From the NCBI GenBank assembly GCA_002418055.1, contig DIDI01000037.1:51189-115188 (forward strand): 64,000 nt of DNA, read 5' to 3'. The position numbers and the translations under genes were made by a program. Positions 53,296-62,699 of the stretch are shown here, piece after piece. The DNA is from Lactobacillus sp. UBA5804. Lineage in GTDB: Bacteria > Bacillota > Bacilli > Lactobacillales > Lactobacillaceae. The first letter of the stretch is position 1. Every line of letters begins with the position of its first letter. The notes below the pieces were generated by a model, which did not search any database, was not told where the DNA came from, and was given only the letters and a program-made list of their open reading frames with translations.

Positions 53296-54654
53296 TTAAT
53301 CGACTTTACGCCATTTTTTATCTGTAACCATTCTGGCTGCTAATAACCCTAACGGTAAAGCCGTTACAATCAATAATGTCTGTGTCAGCCATAACGCGCC
53401 AACGGTTAGATTAGTCATCCCTAAGTTGAAGACGGCACGGTACATATACAATCCTGGTACCATAATAACGATTGCCGGTACGGTTAACGCAATCCGGGGA
53501 TACCCCACCCGATCGCGTACGAAACTTGCAAGCAGTCCAGCAATTAACGCGCCAATAAAAGCTGCTAAGCCTCCTGGCAATAACATCAGCCCAACTAAAC
53601 TTAAACGGACCGTATTCGCAATTGCACCAATCACCGCTGCCGTCGCCGCCATTTTGACACTGGAATTAAACATTAGTGAGAAGCCAAAGACCCCGCAGAA
53701 ACTTGCCAATAAGCGGAAAAGCGTCAACAGCGGAAAGCTCAGATTGACCTTTGGAATTGCACCTGGACTTAAATGCAACATCATGGCGACTGCCCACCCG
53801 GTCATGGTCGCAACTACAATGACCAGAATGGCATATGCCAGTCGTTCCAGGCCGGAACGCATATCTAGTTTAGCCATATCCAGACCGGCCGTAATAAACG
53901 GAAAACCGGGAATTACGAAGAGCATCGCACCAATATAGCCGTATAGATGGCTCGGACGCACCCCAATCAGTTGATGGACCAAGACAAACACCAAATCATA
54001 GACTAAGCAGGCTACCGCAACCGCGATGGCAATCTTCGCCACTAAGGTAATTTTATGCTGGCTCAGTTGTGCCCGGACAAAATTACCGACCCCAGCACCA
54101 AAGAAAGCACAAAAAACTTCAGGAATTCCCCCGCCCAGCAGGAAAATAAAGCCTGCGCAGGCTAGACCAGCTGCTAAACCAGCAATTTTCGGAGAATAGA
54201 TTGATTTCATCTGATCGATTTCATCTAATCGGCGGTGAATTTGGCCTAAAGTCCAGTGCCCATGCCCTTTTTTAAACTGCCGGATAAATTCTTCCAGCGC
54301 ATTTAGTTTAGTCATATTGACCCCTGTCGTCGGTAGCGATAAGGCTTGTGAATAAGAAGCATTTTTAACATCGAAACAGGTGTATTCAATTGAAACCAGC
54401 CCAATATCGGCTGAACACGTAATCCCTAAGGTTCTAGCAACGCTGTCCATCGAATCGCGCACCCGCCAGGCCCCAGTCCCACAACTCAGTAGCATCAATC
54501 CAATCCGACCAACTAGTGATCCCTTCTCAACTAGGGTAACTTCCTTAGCTAGCGTATTCGCATCACTCTTAAAAAATTCCTTCCAATGGATGCGCATGTG
54601 ATGCCGGTGTGATAACCGAGCACCTTGATACTCATTTTTTTGCTGTTCAGCCAT
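53296..54654 (-). CDS. ThrE-family threonine/serine exporter (fused two-domain form)
   Basis: GTGAWRV, IPGFP, VPGL; many TM segments. Confidence 0.85.
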   Translation of the reverse strand: MAEQQKNEYQGARLSHRHHMRIHWKEFFKSDANTLAKEVTLVEKGSLVGRIGLMLLSCGTGAWRVRDSMDSVARTLGITCSADIGLVSIEYTCFDVKNASYSQALSLPTTGVNMTKLNALEEFIRQFKKGHGHWTLGQIHRRLDEIDQMKSIYSPKIAGLAAGLACAGFIFLLGGGIPEVFCAFFGAGVGNFVRAQLSQHKITLVAKIAIAVAVACLVYDLVFVLVHQLIGVRPSHLYGYIGAMLFVIPGFPFITAGLDMAKLDMRSGLERLAYAILVIVVATMTGWAVAMMLHLSPGAIPKVNLSFPLLTLFRLLASFCGVFGFSLMFNSSVKMAATAAVIGAIANTVRLSLVGLMLLPGGLAAFIGALIAGLLASFVRDRVGYPRIALTVPAIVIMVPGLYMYRAVFNLGMTNLTVGALWLTQTLLIVTALPLGLLAARMVTDKKWRKVD

Positions 54655-54807
54655 CCGTAATAGTTCCTCCTACAATTAAATAACTATTTAATTGTAGCAC
54701 AACCGCTTTTACGCAACCGTTACCAAATTCAAAGCAAGTTATAAAAAACAGGCACTTCCACTTTCGAAAGTCCCTGTTTTTTATTTTAATCGTGGTTCGG
54801 TAACTTG

Positions 54808-55509
54808 CTAACGATGTTGGTGATTTAAACCATTGGCAAAATGATCACCAATAACTTGTACAATTAAAATCAGAATAATCACTAGCAAGGTCGCAACTAC
54901 CGTCACATCCGTGTTATAGCGATTATAACCATAGGAAATGGCAGTATTACCTAACCCACCAGCACCAATGGCACCAGCCATTGCGGTTAAACCAATCAAA
55001 GAAATAATGGTGACGGTTGAAATTCGAACGAGCTCGGCACGCGCCTCACGTAAATAAACGCTAAAAATTATGTCCCAAGTCGTGGCGCCTAGACTTTGGG
55101 CTGCTTCAATCTTGCCTTTGTCGACTGACTCTAGTGCAACCTCGACCTGGCGCGCATAGAACGGAAAAATGCCTAAAGTTAGTGGCACTAAGATAGCATT
55201 CAAGCCGATTTGAGTGTGCAAGATTAACATCGTCAAGGGTGAAATAAATGCCAGTAAGATAATAAATGGAATGGCTCGCAAAACTGAGACGACTTTATCA
55301 ATCAAATTGAACCAATAGCGATTTTGGTTAATGCCACCAGGCTTCGTGACCACGAGTAAAACACCAAAGATAATCCCCAGAATACCGCCAAATAAGGCTG
55401 ACCAAAAAGTCATGTATAAGGTCTGGACGAGGCTCGTCCCCCAACCGGTATCTCCAGTCCAACCAAGCTGTATCACATTAGGCAAATAATGATTTAGAAA
55501 ACTAAGCAT
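54808..55509 (-). CDS. metI: Methionine ABC transporter permease
   Basis: [17 protein letters not shown] loop, [12 protein letters not shown]; start ATG 55509. Confidence 0.93.
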   Translation of the reverse strand: MLSFLNHYLPNVIQLGWTGDTGWGTSLVQTLYMTFWSALFGGILGIIFGVLLVVTKPGGINQNRYWFNLIDKVVSVLRAIPFIILLAFISPLTMLILHTQIGLNAILVPLTLGIFPFYARQVEVALESVDKGKIEAAQSLGATTWDIIFSVYLREARAELVRISTVTIISLIGLTAMAGAIGAGGLGNTAISYGYNRYNTDVTVVATLLVIILILIVQVIGDHFANGLNHQHR

Positions 55510-56560
55510 GATTAACCTCACTTTCAGGAACAAGCGTTGCAGTGACTCGATGGGCGGCTAGAAAAGCTAATGCCGCCTTTTGCTTAGCCGCATCACCTTT
55601 AAGTAGCACCATTAATGTCCCCACCGGTTGATCGCCCAATAATTCCACATTGCCATACAGCATTGAAGCCACCACACCAACTTCGCGGTAAAGATCAATA
55701 ATGATGGAATGAGTCACATTACTCATGTTATAAACCAGTTGGTAAATCGCTTCATCTGGTGCTAGTTTAGCCAAATGAAGCTGATTTAATACCTTCATAG
55801 CAGCTAATGAACCACCCACAAATTGTTTCGTTAGTGATTGTTTCGGATGCAGATAAACGTCCGTTAACCGACCATGCTCAATTAACCGTCCATTTTTCAT
55901 AACCGCAATCTTGGTCGCAATTGCCTTCACCGCTGCCATTTCATGGGTAATGAGAATAATTGTGAGCCCCAATTCACGGTTCAATTTTTGCAATAATTGC
56001 AAGATTTGTTGTGTTGTTTGAGGATCAAGCGCACTCGTGGCTTCATCGGAAATTAAGATATTCGGGTCATTAGCGAGTGCTCTCGCAATCGCCACTCGTT
56101 GCTGCTGCCCACCAGATAATTGGGCGGGATAAAAGTCAGCCTTATCCGCTAACTCCACTAGACTTAACAATTTGCGACTTTTGGCTTCAATCTCGTCTTC
56201 AGACAGCTTGGAGTGTTTCAACGCAAATGCAACATTTTCTAAGACAGAAGTCTCATTTAGTAGGTTAAAGCCTTGAAAAATCATACCAATCTTGCGCCGA
56301 GCTAGTTGCAAAGCACCGTGACTAATCACTTGCTCACCATCTTTAATCAGCTGTTGACCATTAACTTTGACACTACCAGCAGTAGGACGTTGCAGTAAAT
56401 TAACCGTCCGCACCAGCGTCGATTTACCGGCACCGGAATAACCAACAATGCCGTAAACATCCCCTGATTCAACTTTGAGCGAAACATCATGCACCGCTTG
56501 CACAGTTTCTCCCTTTTGATTGAAATCAACGCTCACATTTGCGAGTTCAACTAGGCTCAT
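55502..56560 (-). CDS. metN: Methionine ABC transporter ATPase
   Basis: [26 protein letters not shown]-terminal NIL domain. Confidence 0.94.
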   Translation of the reverse strand: MSLVELANVSVDFNQKGETVQAVHDVSLKVESGDVYGIVGYSGAGKSTLVRTVNLLQRPTAGSVKVNGQQLIKDGEQVISHGALQLARRKIGMIFQGFNLLNETSVLENVAFALKHSKLSEDEIEAKSRKLLSLVELADKADFYPAQLSGGQQQRVAIARALANDPNILISDEATSALDPQTTQQILQLLQKLNRELGLTIILITHEMAAVKAIATKIAVMKNGRLIEHGRLTDVYLHPKQSLTKQFVGGSLAAMKVLNQLHLAKLAPDEAIYQLVYNMSNVTHSIIIDLYREVGVVASMLYGNVELLGDQPVGTLMVLLKGDAAKQKAALAFLAAHRVTATLVPESEVNHA

Positions 56561-56599
56561 ACCTGCTTCCTTTCATCTAGCTTAGGTCTTTCGCTATGG

Positions 56600-57457
56600 T
56601 TATTTTAAATTAACATCCCAAGCTGATAGTTGTTTCTTGCCGTAAAACTTCTGATAAAGTCGCTTAGTTTGCGGCGTTTGGTAAGCCTTAACAACATCTT
56701 TATACAGCGTCTTATGTTGATCTTGGTGACGTGCCACAATGATGTTAATCCATTGTGCTGAATCTTTATTAATCGGTTCGACGTAGATTGTCTGTTTATC
56801 ACCTAAACCAACTGGCCCAATGTAGTCGTTATTGACCACTGCGGCATCAACTGAGGTAATCAGTCGACCAGTCTGTTCAGCTGAAACTTCCTTCAGCTTC
56901 AAGTTCTTCTTATTAGTCGTAATATCCGCAATAGAAACAATCGTCTTACCCGGTTTCAAGCCAATTAAACCAGCGTTCTTGAGCACAAACAAAGCACGTG
57001 ATTCGTTTGAGGCGTCATTGGGAATTGCAATCGTGGCACCTTTTGGTAAGGCGGATAAACTATGATATTTCTTGGAATAAAGCCGAATTGGCGCAATGTA
57101 AGTTTTGCCAATTGCGATTAAATTACCATGGTTAGCCTGATTCCAAGCCTTTAAAAAAGCATAATGCTGAAAAGCATTCAAATCAATATCACCTGAATTG
57201 AGCGCCTTGTTAGGTTGATTATAGTCTGTAAAGTTCTTGGTCTTTAACGTGATACCGTAACGTTTCTTAGCTGTTTTAGCAACACTTTGCCAAATGGTCT
57301 GTTCTTGTTTGGTCTCACCCACAACACCAATGGTGACCGTTTTACGAGGTGCCTGCTTTTTAGGACCAAAGCTAAACCAACCAATGGCAGCCACAGCAAC
57401 CACCACGATACCAATTGTTCCCCACTTTTTAAGTGACCGATTTTTACGATTTGCCAT
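56600..57457 (-). CDS. metQ: MetQ/NlpA-family substrate-binding protein
   Basis: FTDYNQPN.AL..GDID.NAFQH, IPNDASNESRAL; start ATG 57457. Confidence 0.92.
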   Translation of the reverse strand: MANRKNRSLKKWGTIGIVVVAVAAIGWFSFGPKKQAPRKTVTIGVVGETKQEQTIWQSVAKTAKKRYGITLKTKNFTDYNQPNKALNSGDIDLNAFQHYAFLKAWNQANHGNLIAIGKTYIAPIRLYSKKYHSLSALPKGATIAIPNDASNESRALFVLKNAGLIGLKPGKTIVSIADITTNKKNLKLKEVSAEQTGRLITSVDAAVVNNDYIGPVGLGDKQTIYVEPINKDSAQWINIIVARHQDQHKTLYKDVVKAYQTPQTKRLYQKFYGKKQLSAWDVNLK

Positions 57458-57480
57458 ATTCAATTCCTCCTAGAATATAC

Positions 57481-57730
57481 AAAAAGCACCCGTCCTATTA
57501 AAGGACGAGTGCTCGCTTTACCACCTTTTATTCATCCACTGCTCACACAATGAATCTCAATAACTTCCAATTGAAAGTATGCAAGGATAACGGATGCAAC
57601 TCCGCTAGCCGCTAACAAATCACGGCTAGCCATCATTCAAAGACCATATTCACCAAGGCTTGCTCGTTGTCTCTCACCGACCCAACAACTCTCTTTAAGA
57701 GTGCCACTTGATTACTCATCTTCTCAAGAT
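57481..57730 (-). promoter_or_regulatory. T-box riboswitch, Met specifier (AUG)
   Basis: Minus strand AGTA, AGAGA, GGTGAGA, GAAT-ATG (57645-57647), stem II/AGTT..CCGTTA, T-box AAGGTGGTAAAGCG, terminator; promoter TTGACA-17-TAGATT at 57752-57780. Confidence 0.92.
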
Positions 57731-57776
57731 GTTTCATATGATTATGCTATTAATCTATCATTTAGCTTTAAGAGTG

Positions 57777-58283
57777 TCAACCCCTTTTCCGCATGAAAGT
57801 CTTAAAGGTATAGTCATAATGATTGCTGGCATCGGCCTGATGTGCTTCTGAATGCACTAATTCAAATTGGTCATATGACAGCTCTGGCATGATGGTATCG
57901 GCTTGAAAAACACCGGAAACTTCAGTTTTTTCTAAACAATCAACTTGTCCTTTGAATTGTTCAAACACCGTAGCGCCGCCAATGACGCAAACCGTTTTGC
58001 CGCCGTAACTCGCAATCAGCTCCTCCAATTGTACCAAGGAATGCACCACTGTTAATTGCTGACTCGCCTCATCTCGGCCAAACGCCGGATCGCGGGTTAA
58101 GACAATATGTGGTCTACCCGGCAATAACCCCGGTAGCGAGGTAAAAGTGCGTCGTCCCATGACCATCGGATGACCCCAAGTGACCTGTTTAAAATGCCGT
58201 AAATCTGCTGGTAACTGCCAAGGAAGCTTACCTTGGTAACCAATCTGATGGGCATCATCCTCGGCCCAGACAAAAGTTAGCAT
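57777..58283 (-). CDS. folA: Dihydrofolate reductase
   Basis: IG..GKLPW.LP.DL.HFK, MGRRTF.S, LPGR, IGGA. Confidence 0.96.
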   Translation of the reverse strand: MLTFVWAEDDAHQIGYQGKLPWQLPADLRHFKQVTWGHPMVMGRRTFTSLPGLLPGRPHIVLTRDPAFGRDEASQQLTVVHSLVQLEELIASYGGKTVCVIGGATVFEQFKGQVDCLEKTEVSGVFQADTIMPELSYDQFELVHSEAHQADASNHYDYTFKTFMRKRG

Positions 58284-58301
58284 ACTTCCTCCTATTATTA
58301 G

Positions 58302-59258
58302 TTAGACTGCAACTGGTGCCTTGATTGGGGCATGATGTTGATAGCCAATCAGTTTAATGTCTGCTGCTTCAAAGTCAGCTAGAACGTGTTTGGCTGGATT
58401 TAACCAGAGCTGTGGTGCCTCAAAAGTTGACCGCGTTAACTGTTCTTGTACCTGTTCAAAGTGATTGCGATAAATATGGGCGTCACCTAACGTATGCACA
58501 AATTCGCCTACGCCTAATCCTGTTTCTCGGGCAACTAGGCTCAGCAATAAGGCATAACTGGCAATATTGAAAGGCACTCCTAAAAACATATCACCTGAGC
58601 GTTGATAGAGTTGCAAGCTGAGTTTGCCATCCACCACATAAAACTGAAATAAGACATGACATGGCGGCAACGCACTCGTTGGCACATCCTCTGGATTCCA
58701 GGCGGTGACAATGAGCCGGCGTGAATCAGGGCTGGTCTTAATCTGTTCAATCACGTTATGAATTTGATCAATAAAGCCACCACTCCGCTTCTGCCAGTGC
58801 CGCCATTGAGCACCGTAAACTTGTCCTAAATTACCATATTTGGCGGCAAAAGTGGCATCTGCCACAATGCGCTGCGTGAACTTGATTAACTCGTCATGAT
58901 ATTTGGCGGCAAAAGTGGCATCCTGCTGACTGCGCAGCCCAAAATCAGTCATGTCTGGTCCTTGATACTCGTCACTAGTCACCCAATTTTTAAAGGCCCA
59001 TTCATCCCAAATATGGTTATGATGTTGCAGTAAAAAACGAATATTGGTATCACCGTGCAAAAACCATAAGAGCTCACTTTTAATCAGTCCAAACGGTACC
59101 TTTTTCGTCGTCAAAATCGGAAATCCTTGCGCCAAATCAAACCGCATTTGTGCGCCAAACAAGCTTCGGGTTCCCGTCCCCGTTCGATCAGACTTGTTAT
59201 GTCCAGTCTGCATAATGTTGGTTAGCAATGCTAAATACGGAGTCTCAACTACCGCCAT
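58302..59258 (-). CDS. thyA: Thymidylate synthase (long, L. casei-type small domain)
   Basis: [35 protein letters not shown]. Confidence 0.98.
   Translation of the reverse strand: MAVVETPYLALLTNIMQTGHNKSDRTGTGTRSLFGAQMRFDLAQGFPILTTKKVPFGLIKSELLWFLHGDTNIRFLLQHHNHIWDEWAFKNWVTSDEYQGPDMTDFGLRSQQDATFAAKYHDELIKFTQRIVADATFAAKYGNLGQVYGAQWRHWQKRSGGFIDQIHNVIEQIKTSPDSRRLIVTAWNPEDVPTSALPPCHVLFQFYVVDGKLSLQLYQRSGDMFLGVPFNIASYALLLSLVARETGLGVGEFVHTLGDAHIYRNHFEQVQEQLTRSTFEAPQLWLNPAKHVLADFEAADIKLIGYQHHAPIKAPVAV
58836..58922. repeat. Perfect 24-bp direct repeat inside thyA
   Basis: ATATTTGGCGGCAAAAGTGGCATC at 58836-58859 and 58899-58922 (DATFAAKY twice). Confidence 0.95.
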
Positions 59259-59435
59259 TTTCTACCTCCACTCTCTATTCACCTTCAATAAAATATTACT
59301 CTCAGTATACAGCGGTAAACTCCAATCGCCCAGTGCTAGTTAAGATAGCGCGCTGAGAAGCCGGCGTGAGCAAAACGCTTTCAGTATTCAATGCTATCAT
59401 GTTAGAATAGTCGTATAGAAAAAGGAGGAACCAAT

Positions 59436-59642
59436 ATGACACAATCAGAAAAGAAATTCGAAAATGTTAAGGACCAAGTTGCTGGTAAAGCCAAAGAAGT
59501 TACCGGTAAAGTTACGAAAGATAAGAAATTAGAATCTGAAGGTAAGACCCAAGACTTGATTGGCAAAGCCAAGGACAAATTTGAAGATGCCAAAGAAGCA
59601 GCCAAGGGTGCGGTTGAAAGCATTAAGAAAATGGGCAAGTAA
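59436..59642 (+). CDS. CsbD-family stress protein
   Basis: AGGAGG RBS; GKAKEVTGKVTKDKKLESEGK. Confidence 0.9.
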   Translation: MTQSEKKFENVKDQVAGKAKEVTGKVTKDKKLESEGKTQDLIGKAKDKFEDAKEAAKGAVESIKKMGK

Positions 59643-59697
59643 AACTGCCTCAAGCAAGAGCGTTTAGCAACGCTTTTTTTGTTTATCTGTTCTTTTA

Positions 59698-59725
59698 ACT
59701 TAACATAATTTTTATTATGAATATA
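59698..59725 (-). other. dif-like (XerC/XerD) recombination site
   Basis: Minus strand TATATTCATAA-TAAAAA-TTATGTTAAGT: 11-6-11 layout; right arm is one mismatch from the XerD arm TTATGTTAAAT. Confidence 0.6.
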
Positions 59726-59757
59726 TCATTTTTTGTTTGCACTCCCCTTGCAAACAA

Positions 59758-59783
59758 AAAAGCCTTCCGGCCGGAAGGCTTTT
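59758..59783. terminator. Terminator of the PAP2 gene (perfect 26-bp palindrome)
   Basis: AAAAGCCTTCCGGCCGGAAGGCTTTT. Confidence 0.8.
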
Positions 59784-59791
59784 AGTTGGGA

Positions 59792-60400
59792 CTAAAACAT
59801 TGGACCAATCAACTGATTAACTAGGAAAAAACAAAAGACCGCCAAACTGGTAGCTCCCAAAACATCTGAAGGATAATGTGCTTTGAGACTCAGTCGGGAA
59901 ATAATGACCATAATCCATAAAATAACCATTGCGAGTGAGTAATATAAGCCAAACTTGACGCTAAAGAGCCTTAGTAAAATTAACAGCAGTGTCGTTGCAC
60001 TTAAGACATGACCACTGGGAAAACTATAACCCTCGTCGACCGTCAAATGAGCAAAGGGACGTTTACGCTTAACGGTTCGCTTTAAAATAACCCCAATCCC
60101 ATCGGCCAAACCAATGGTTCCCAAAATCCAAAAGGCCGTATCAAAATAATTATTTTGTAGATAGTAACTGGCTAGTAATACCGTCCAAACCACGACGAGC
60201 TTAGGGTCATAGAGAAAGGCAACGACCTTCCAGCTAAAGCCACTCCGGTCGCGAATGAGTCGCTGGTGCAACCGATGATCGTAGAAATTAAAAGACTGTG
60301 AATACTTCACATTATAAATAAGAAGCAGCAAAACCGCTGCGGATACCACCACTAAAAGTTGACTCATCATGAAATTGTTAGCTCCAATAAAAAATGACAT
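59792..60400 (-). CDS. PAP2-family membrane phosphatase
   Basis: K.....RP (KRTVKRKRP), SFPSGH, SR.....HYPSDV; true start may be 60370. Confidence 0.9.
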   Translation of the reverse strand: MSFFIGANNFMMSQLLVVVSAAVLLLLIYNVKYSQSFNFYDHRLHQRLIRDRSGFSWKVVAFLYDPKLVVVWTVLLASYYLQNNYFDTAFWILGTIGLADGIGVILKRTVKRKRPFAHLTVDEGYSFPSGHVLSATTLLLILLRLFSVKFGLYYSLAMVILWIMVIISRLSLKAHYPSDVLGATSLAVFCFFLVNQLIGPMF

Positions 60401-60489
60401 TTCACAGTTATTGTAGCAATAAAAACATTAATTATCAGCTTTTTACCTGTGATACTTGGTAAGACTACCGAGTAAAATGATTTAAATGA

Positions 60490-60518
60490 TTGACGCTTTC
60501 CTGCCAGCATGTTATTCT
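60490..60518 (+). promoter_or_regulatory. Promoter of the ABC-F gene
   Basis: TTGACG-17-TATTCT with extended TG; inverted repeat GCCAGCA/TGCTGGC (60503-60525) brackets the -10. Confidence 0.7.
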
Positions 60519-60524
60519 TGCTGG

Positions 60525-60716
60525 CGTAAGGACGGAAGCTTACATTGAAATTCTAAATCGCTATTTAAAGTCACAAATTATTTTTCCGAACGACAGAGAA
60601 GACTATTTTTGTGACCTCAGAGTGGTTTAGTTTCAATGAAAACAACTAACGGACCTCGTGGACGCTTTTTTGATTTCATGAATTTAACGAGACTGACTCT
60701 GAGAGTCGGTCTTTTT
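60525..60716 (+). promoter_or_regulatory. Ribosome-dependent transcription attenuator (uORF MKF, antiterminator, terminator)
   Basis: TTG AAA TTC TAA at 60545-60556 behind AAGGACGGAAG; mutually exclusive pairings 60543-60560/60621-60638 and 60616-60641/60674-60703; terminator AGACTGACTC-TGA-GAGTCGGTCT-TTTT. Confidence 0.8.
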
Positions 60717-60748
60717 AATTGTTCTTGAACACCAAAGGAGTTTTCCAA

Positions 60749-62254
60749 ATGACAACCATCACCTTGCACCAGCTCACCTTTAGCTATGAGGAGCAAAGTC
60801 AACCATTATTTAAGCAACTCAACCTCCAATTCGATACCAGTTGGAGGCTGGCACTGGTGGGGCGTAATGGTGCTGGTAAAACCACTTTTCTACAGCTCTT
60901 AAATGGGCAGCTGCCCTATCACGGTCAAATTAACTTCGCCAGCAGTTGTCGTTATTTTCCGCAAACAGTTACAGACCCACACCAAACCGTCAGCGAGTTA
61001 ATCGCCCAACAGGAGAAGGTTGAACCCTGGCAGGTGCAACGTGAACTCGACCTGCTGCAGATTAAGAAAGCCGTCTTGACACAACCCTTTGATACCCTAT
61101 CCGGCGGCGAACAAACGAAAGTTTTATTGGCCTGCGCTTTTGCGGATGAAACGGCATTTCCGCTACTAGACGAGCCCACGAACCATTTAGATTTGGCAAG
61201 CCGGCAATTACTCGCCACTTATTTACGCCAGAAGCGCCAAGGCTATTTCGTCACGAGCCATGATCGGCACTTTTTGAATCAAGTTAGCAACCATGTTTGT
61301 GCGATTGAACGCCAGCAAATCATCCAATATCAGGGTAATGTTGCGGTTTACGAACGCGAAAAACAAGCGCGCGACCAGTTTGAACTGGCTAAAAATGAAA
61401 CCTTAAAACATGAAATTACCCGCTTAAAAATTAGTAGCCGCGAAAAACGTGACTGGTCATACAACCGTGAAAAGGATAAATTCGGTGATCAGCACAATAA
61501 AGGGACTGGTTCTCCCAACCGGGGCTTTATTGGTGCTCGCGCCGCCCGCGTCATGAAGAAAGCCAAGAATGTGCAAACCCGCATGGACAATCAAATTGCT
61601 GCCAAGTCACAATTACTCAAGAATATCGAAACCATTGATCCTTTAACGCTAAATTATCAACCCGATTATCATCGCACCCTCTTTACCCTGCAAGAAGTTA
61701 CGCTAAGTTATGGCACCACGCCACTTTTTACCCCCGTCACGTTAACCGTGAAACGCGGCGACCGCATTGCGATTTTGGGTCCAAATGGGATGGGTAAATC
61801 ATCGCTGCTCCTGGCGATGCAGCAACGTTTCCGTGGCAAAATAACGGGACTGATTTCGTCACCTCAGCAGCTCGCAACGAGTATTATTCAGCAAAAAGAG
61901 CGATATCATGCCGGCACAATTCCAGATTTTATTGAACAGCATCAGCTCAACCAAAATGATTTCCTCAATAATCTGCATAAACTCGGGGTCGAACGGAAGC
62001 AATTCGATGAGCCGATTGCAAACTTAAGCCTAGGACAGCAGAAAAAGATTCAGCTAGCGGCATCACTGGCAACACCGGCCGCCTGCTACTTATGGGATGA
62101 TCCCCTGAACTATTTAGATGTCTTCAACCAAGAACAGCTAGAAACCATGCTCGCCGCGTCTAACGCCACAATGATTTTCGTCGAACATGACCAAGCCTTC
62201 ATTGACCACGTGGCTACTAAGACTTATCAGTTGAAAACAAGCAGCCGGAATTAA
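60749..62254 (+). CDS. Lsa-type ABC-F ribosomal protection protein (ARE-ABCF)
   Basis: Two ABC domains and no TM; DTSWRLALVGRNGAGKTT, LSGGEQTK, DEPTNHLD; linker WSYNREKDKFG...FIGARAARVMKK resembles Lsa; ATG 60749 behind AAAGGAG. Confidence 0.87.
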   Translation: MTTITLHQLTFSYEEQSQPLFKQLNLQFDTSWRLALVGRNGAGKTTFLQLLNGQLPYHGQINFASSCRYFPQTVTDPHQTVSELIAQQEKVEPWQVQRELDLLQIKKAVLTQPFDTLSGGEQTKVLLACAFADETAFPLLDEPTNHLDLASRQLLATYLRQKRQGYFVTSHDRHFLNQVSNHVCAIERQQIIQYQGNVAVYEREKQARDQFELAKNETLKHEITRLKISSREKRDWSYNREKDKFGDQHNKGTGSPNRGFIGARAARVMKKAKNVQTRMDNQIAAKSQLLKNIETIDPLTLNYQPDYHRTLFTLQEVTLSYGTTPLFTPVTLTVKRGDRIAILGPNGMGKSSLLLAMQQRFRGKITGLISSPQQLATSIIQQKERYHAGTIPDFIEQHQLNQNDFLNNLHKLGVERKQFDEPIANLSLGQQKKIQLAASLATPAACYLWDDPLNYLDVFNQEQLETMLAASNATMIFVEHDQAFIDHVATKTYQLKTSSRN

Positions 62255-62520
62255 AAATTAAGTGATTTCAAATATTAAAATAGTCGCTAGCCAAGTTGGC
62301 ATTTTTATCCAACTTCTCAAAATTTATTGTCCTAGCAAACAAGGGCCACAAGCATGCTAACAACCATGCTTTTTACTTCCATAAATAAAAAAGAATCAGT
62401 GTCGCGGCCGACGGTAGTTCTTTTGTGATACCTTTAATATCGTTGCATAATCGGTACGTTGATAACTATTTGTTAAGCAGCTTTGATACTTAGAACGTAC
62501 CGATAAAAATAATCAAATAC

Positions 62521-62559
62521 AAAAAGAGGCTAAACCGAAATATAAATTGGTCTCTTTTT
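62521..62559. terminator. Terminator-like hairpin upstream of the tRNA promoter
   Basis: AAAAAGAGGCTAA...TTGGTCTCTTTTT. Confidence 0.6.
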
Positions 62560-62610
62560 ATTTTGCCAAGTTGTTTTATCACTTATTTAAGGTATAATAG
62601 AACACGTTAT

Positions 62611-62699
62611 GGAGAGTTGGCAGAGTGGTAATGCACCGGACTCGAAATCCGGCGAACCAAGTTTTGCTTGGCGCGCAGGTTCAAATCCTGTACTCTCCT
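62611..62699 (+). tRNA. tRNA-Ser (anticodon CGA), long variable arm, CCA not encoded
   Basis: Acceptor GGAGAGT/ACTCTCC, D loop TGGTA, CCGGA-CTCGAAA-TCCGG, variable arm CCAAG/CTTGG, GTTCAAATC; TATAAT at 62593-62598. Confidence 0.96.

Noticed and set aside
57693-57776. 11-bp direct repeat CTTTAAGAGTG in the met promoter and T-box stem I
   Set aside because: Two short copies only; compatible with chance
60543-60638. ABC-F leader hairpin read as a T-box stem I (contains AGAGA)
   Set aside because: No GGTGGNACC T-box sequence or specifier loop; the uORF attenuator model explains the pairings
60636-60728. 30-codon ORF MKTTNGPRG... in the ABC-F leader, and the ORF-track start at 60719
   Set aside because: No good RBS and it runs through the terminator; AAAGGAG supports ATG 60749 for the main gene
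62440-62467. Possible second dif-like site TCGTTGCATAA-TCGGTA-CGTTGATAACT
   Set aside because: The XerD arm lacks the inner TTAT; too degenerate to call a partner site
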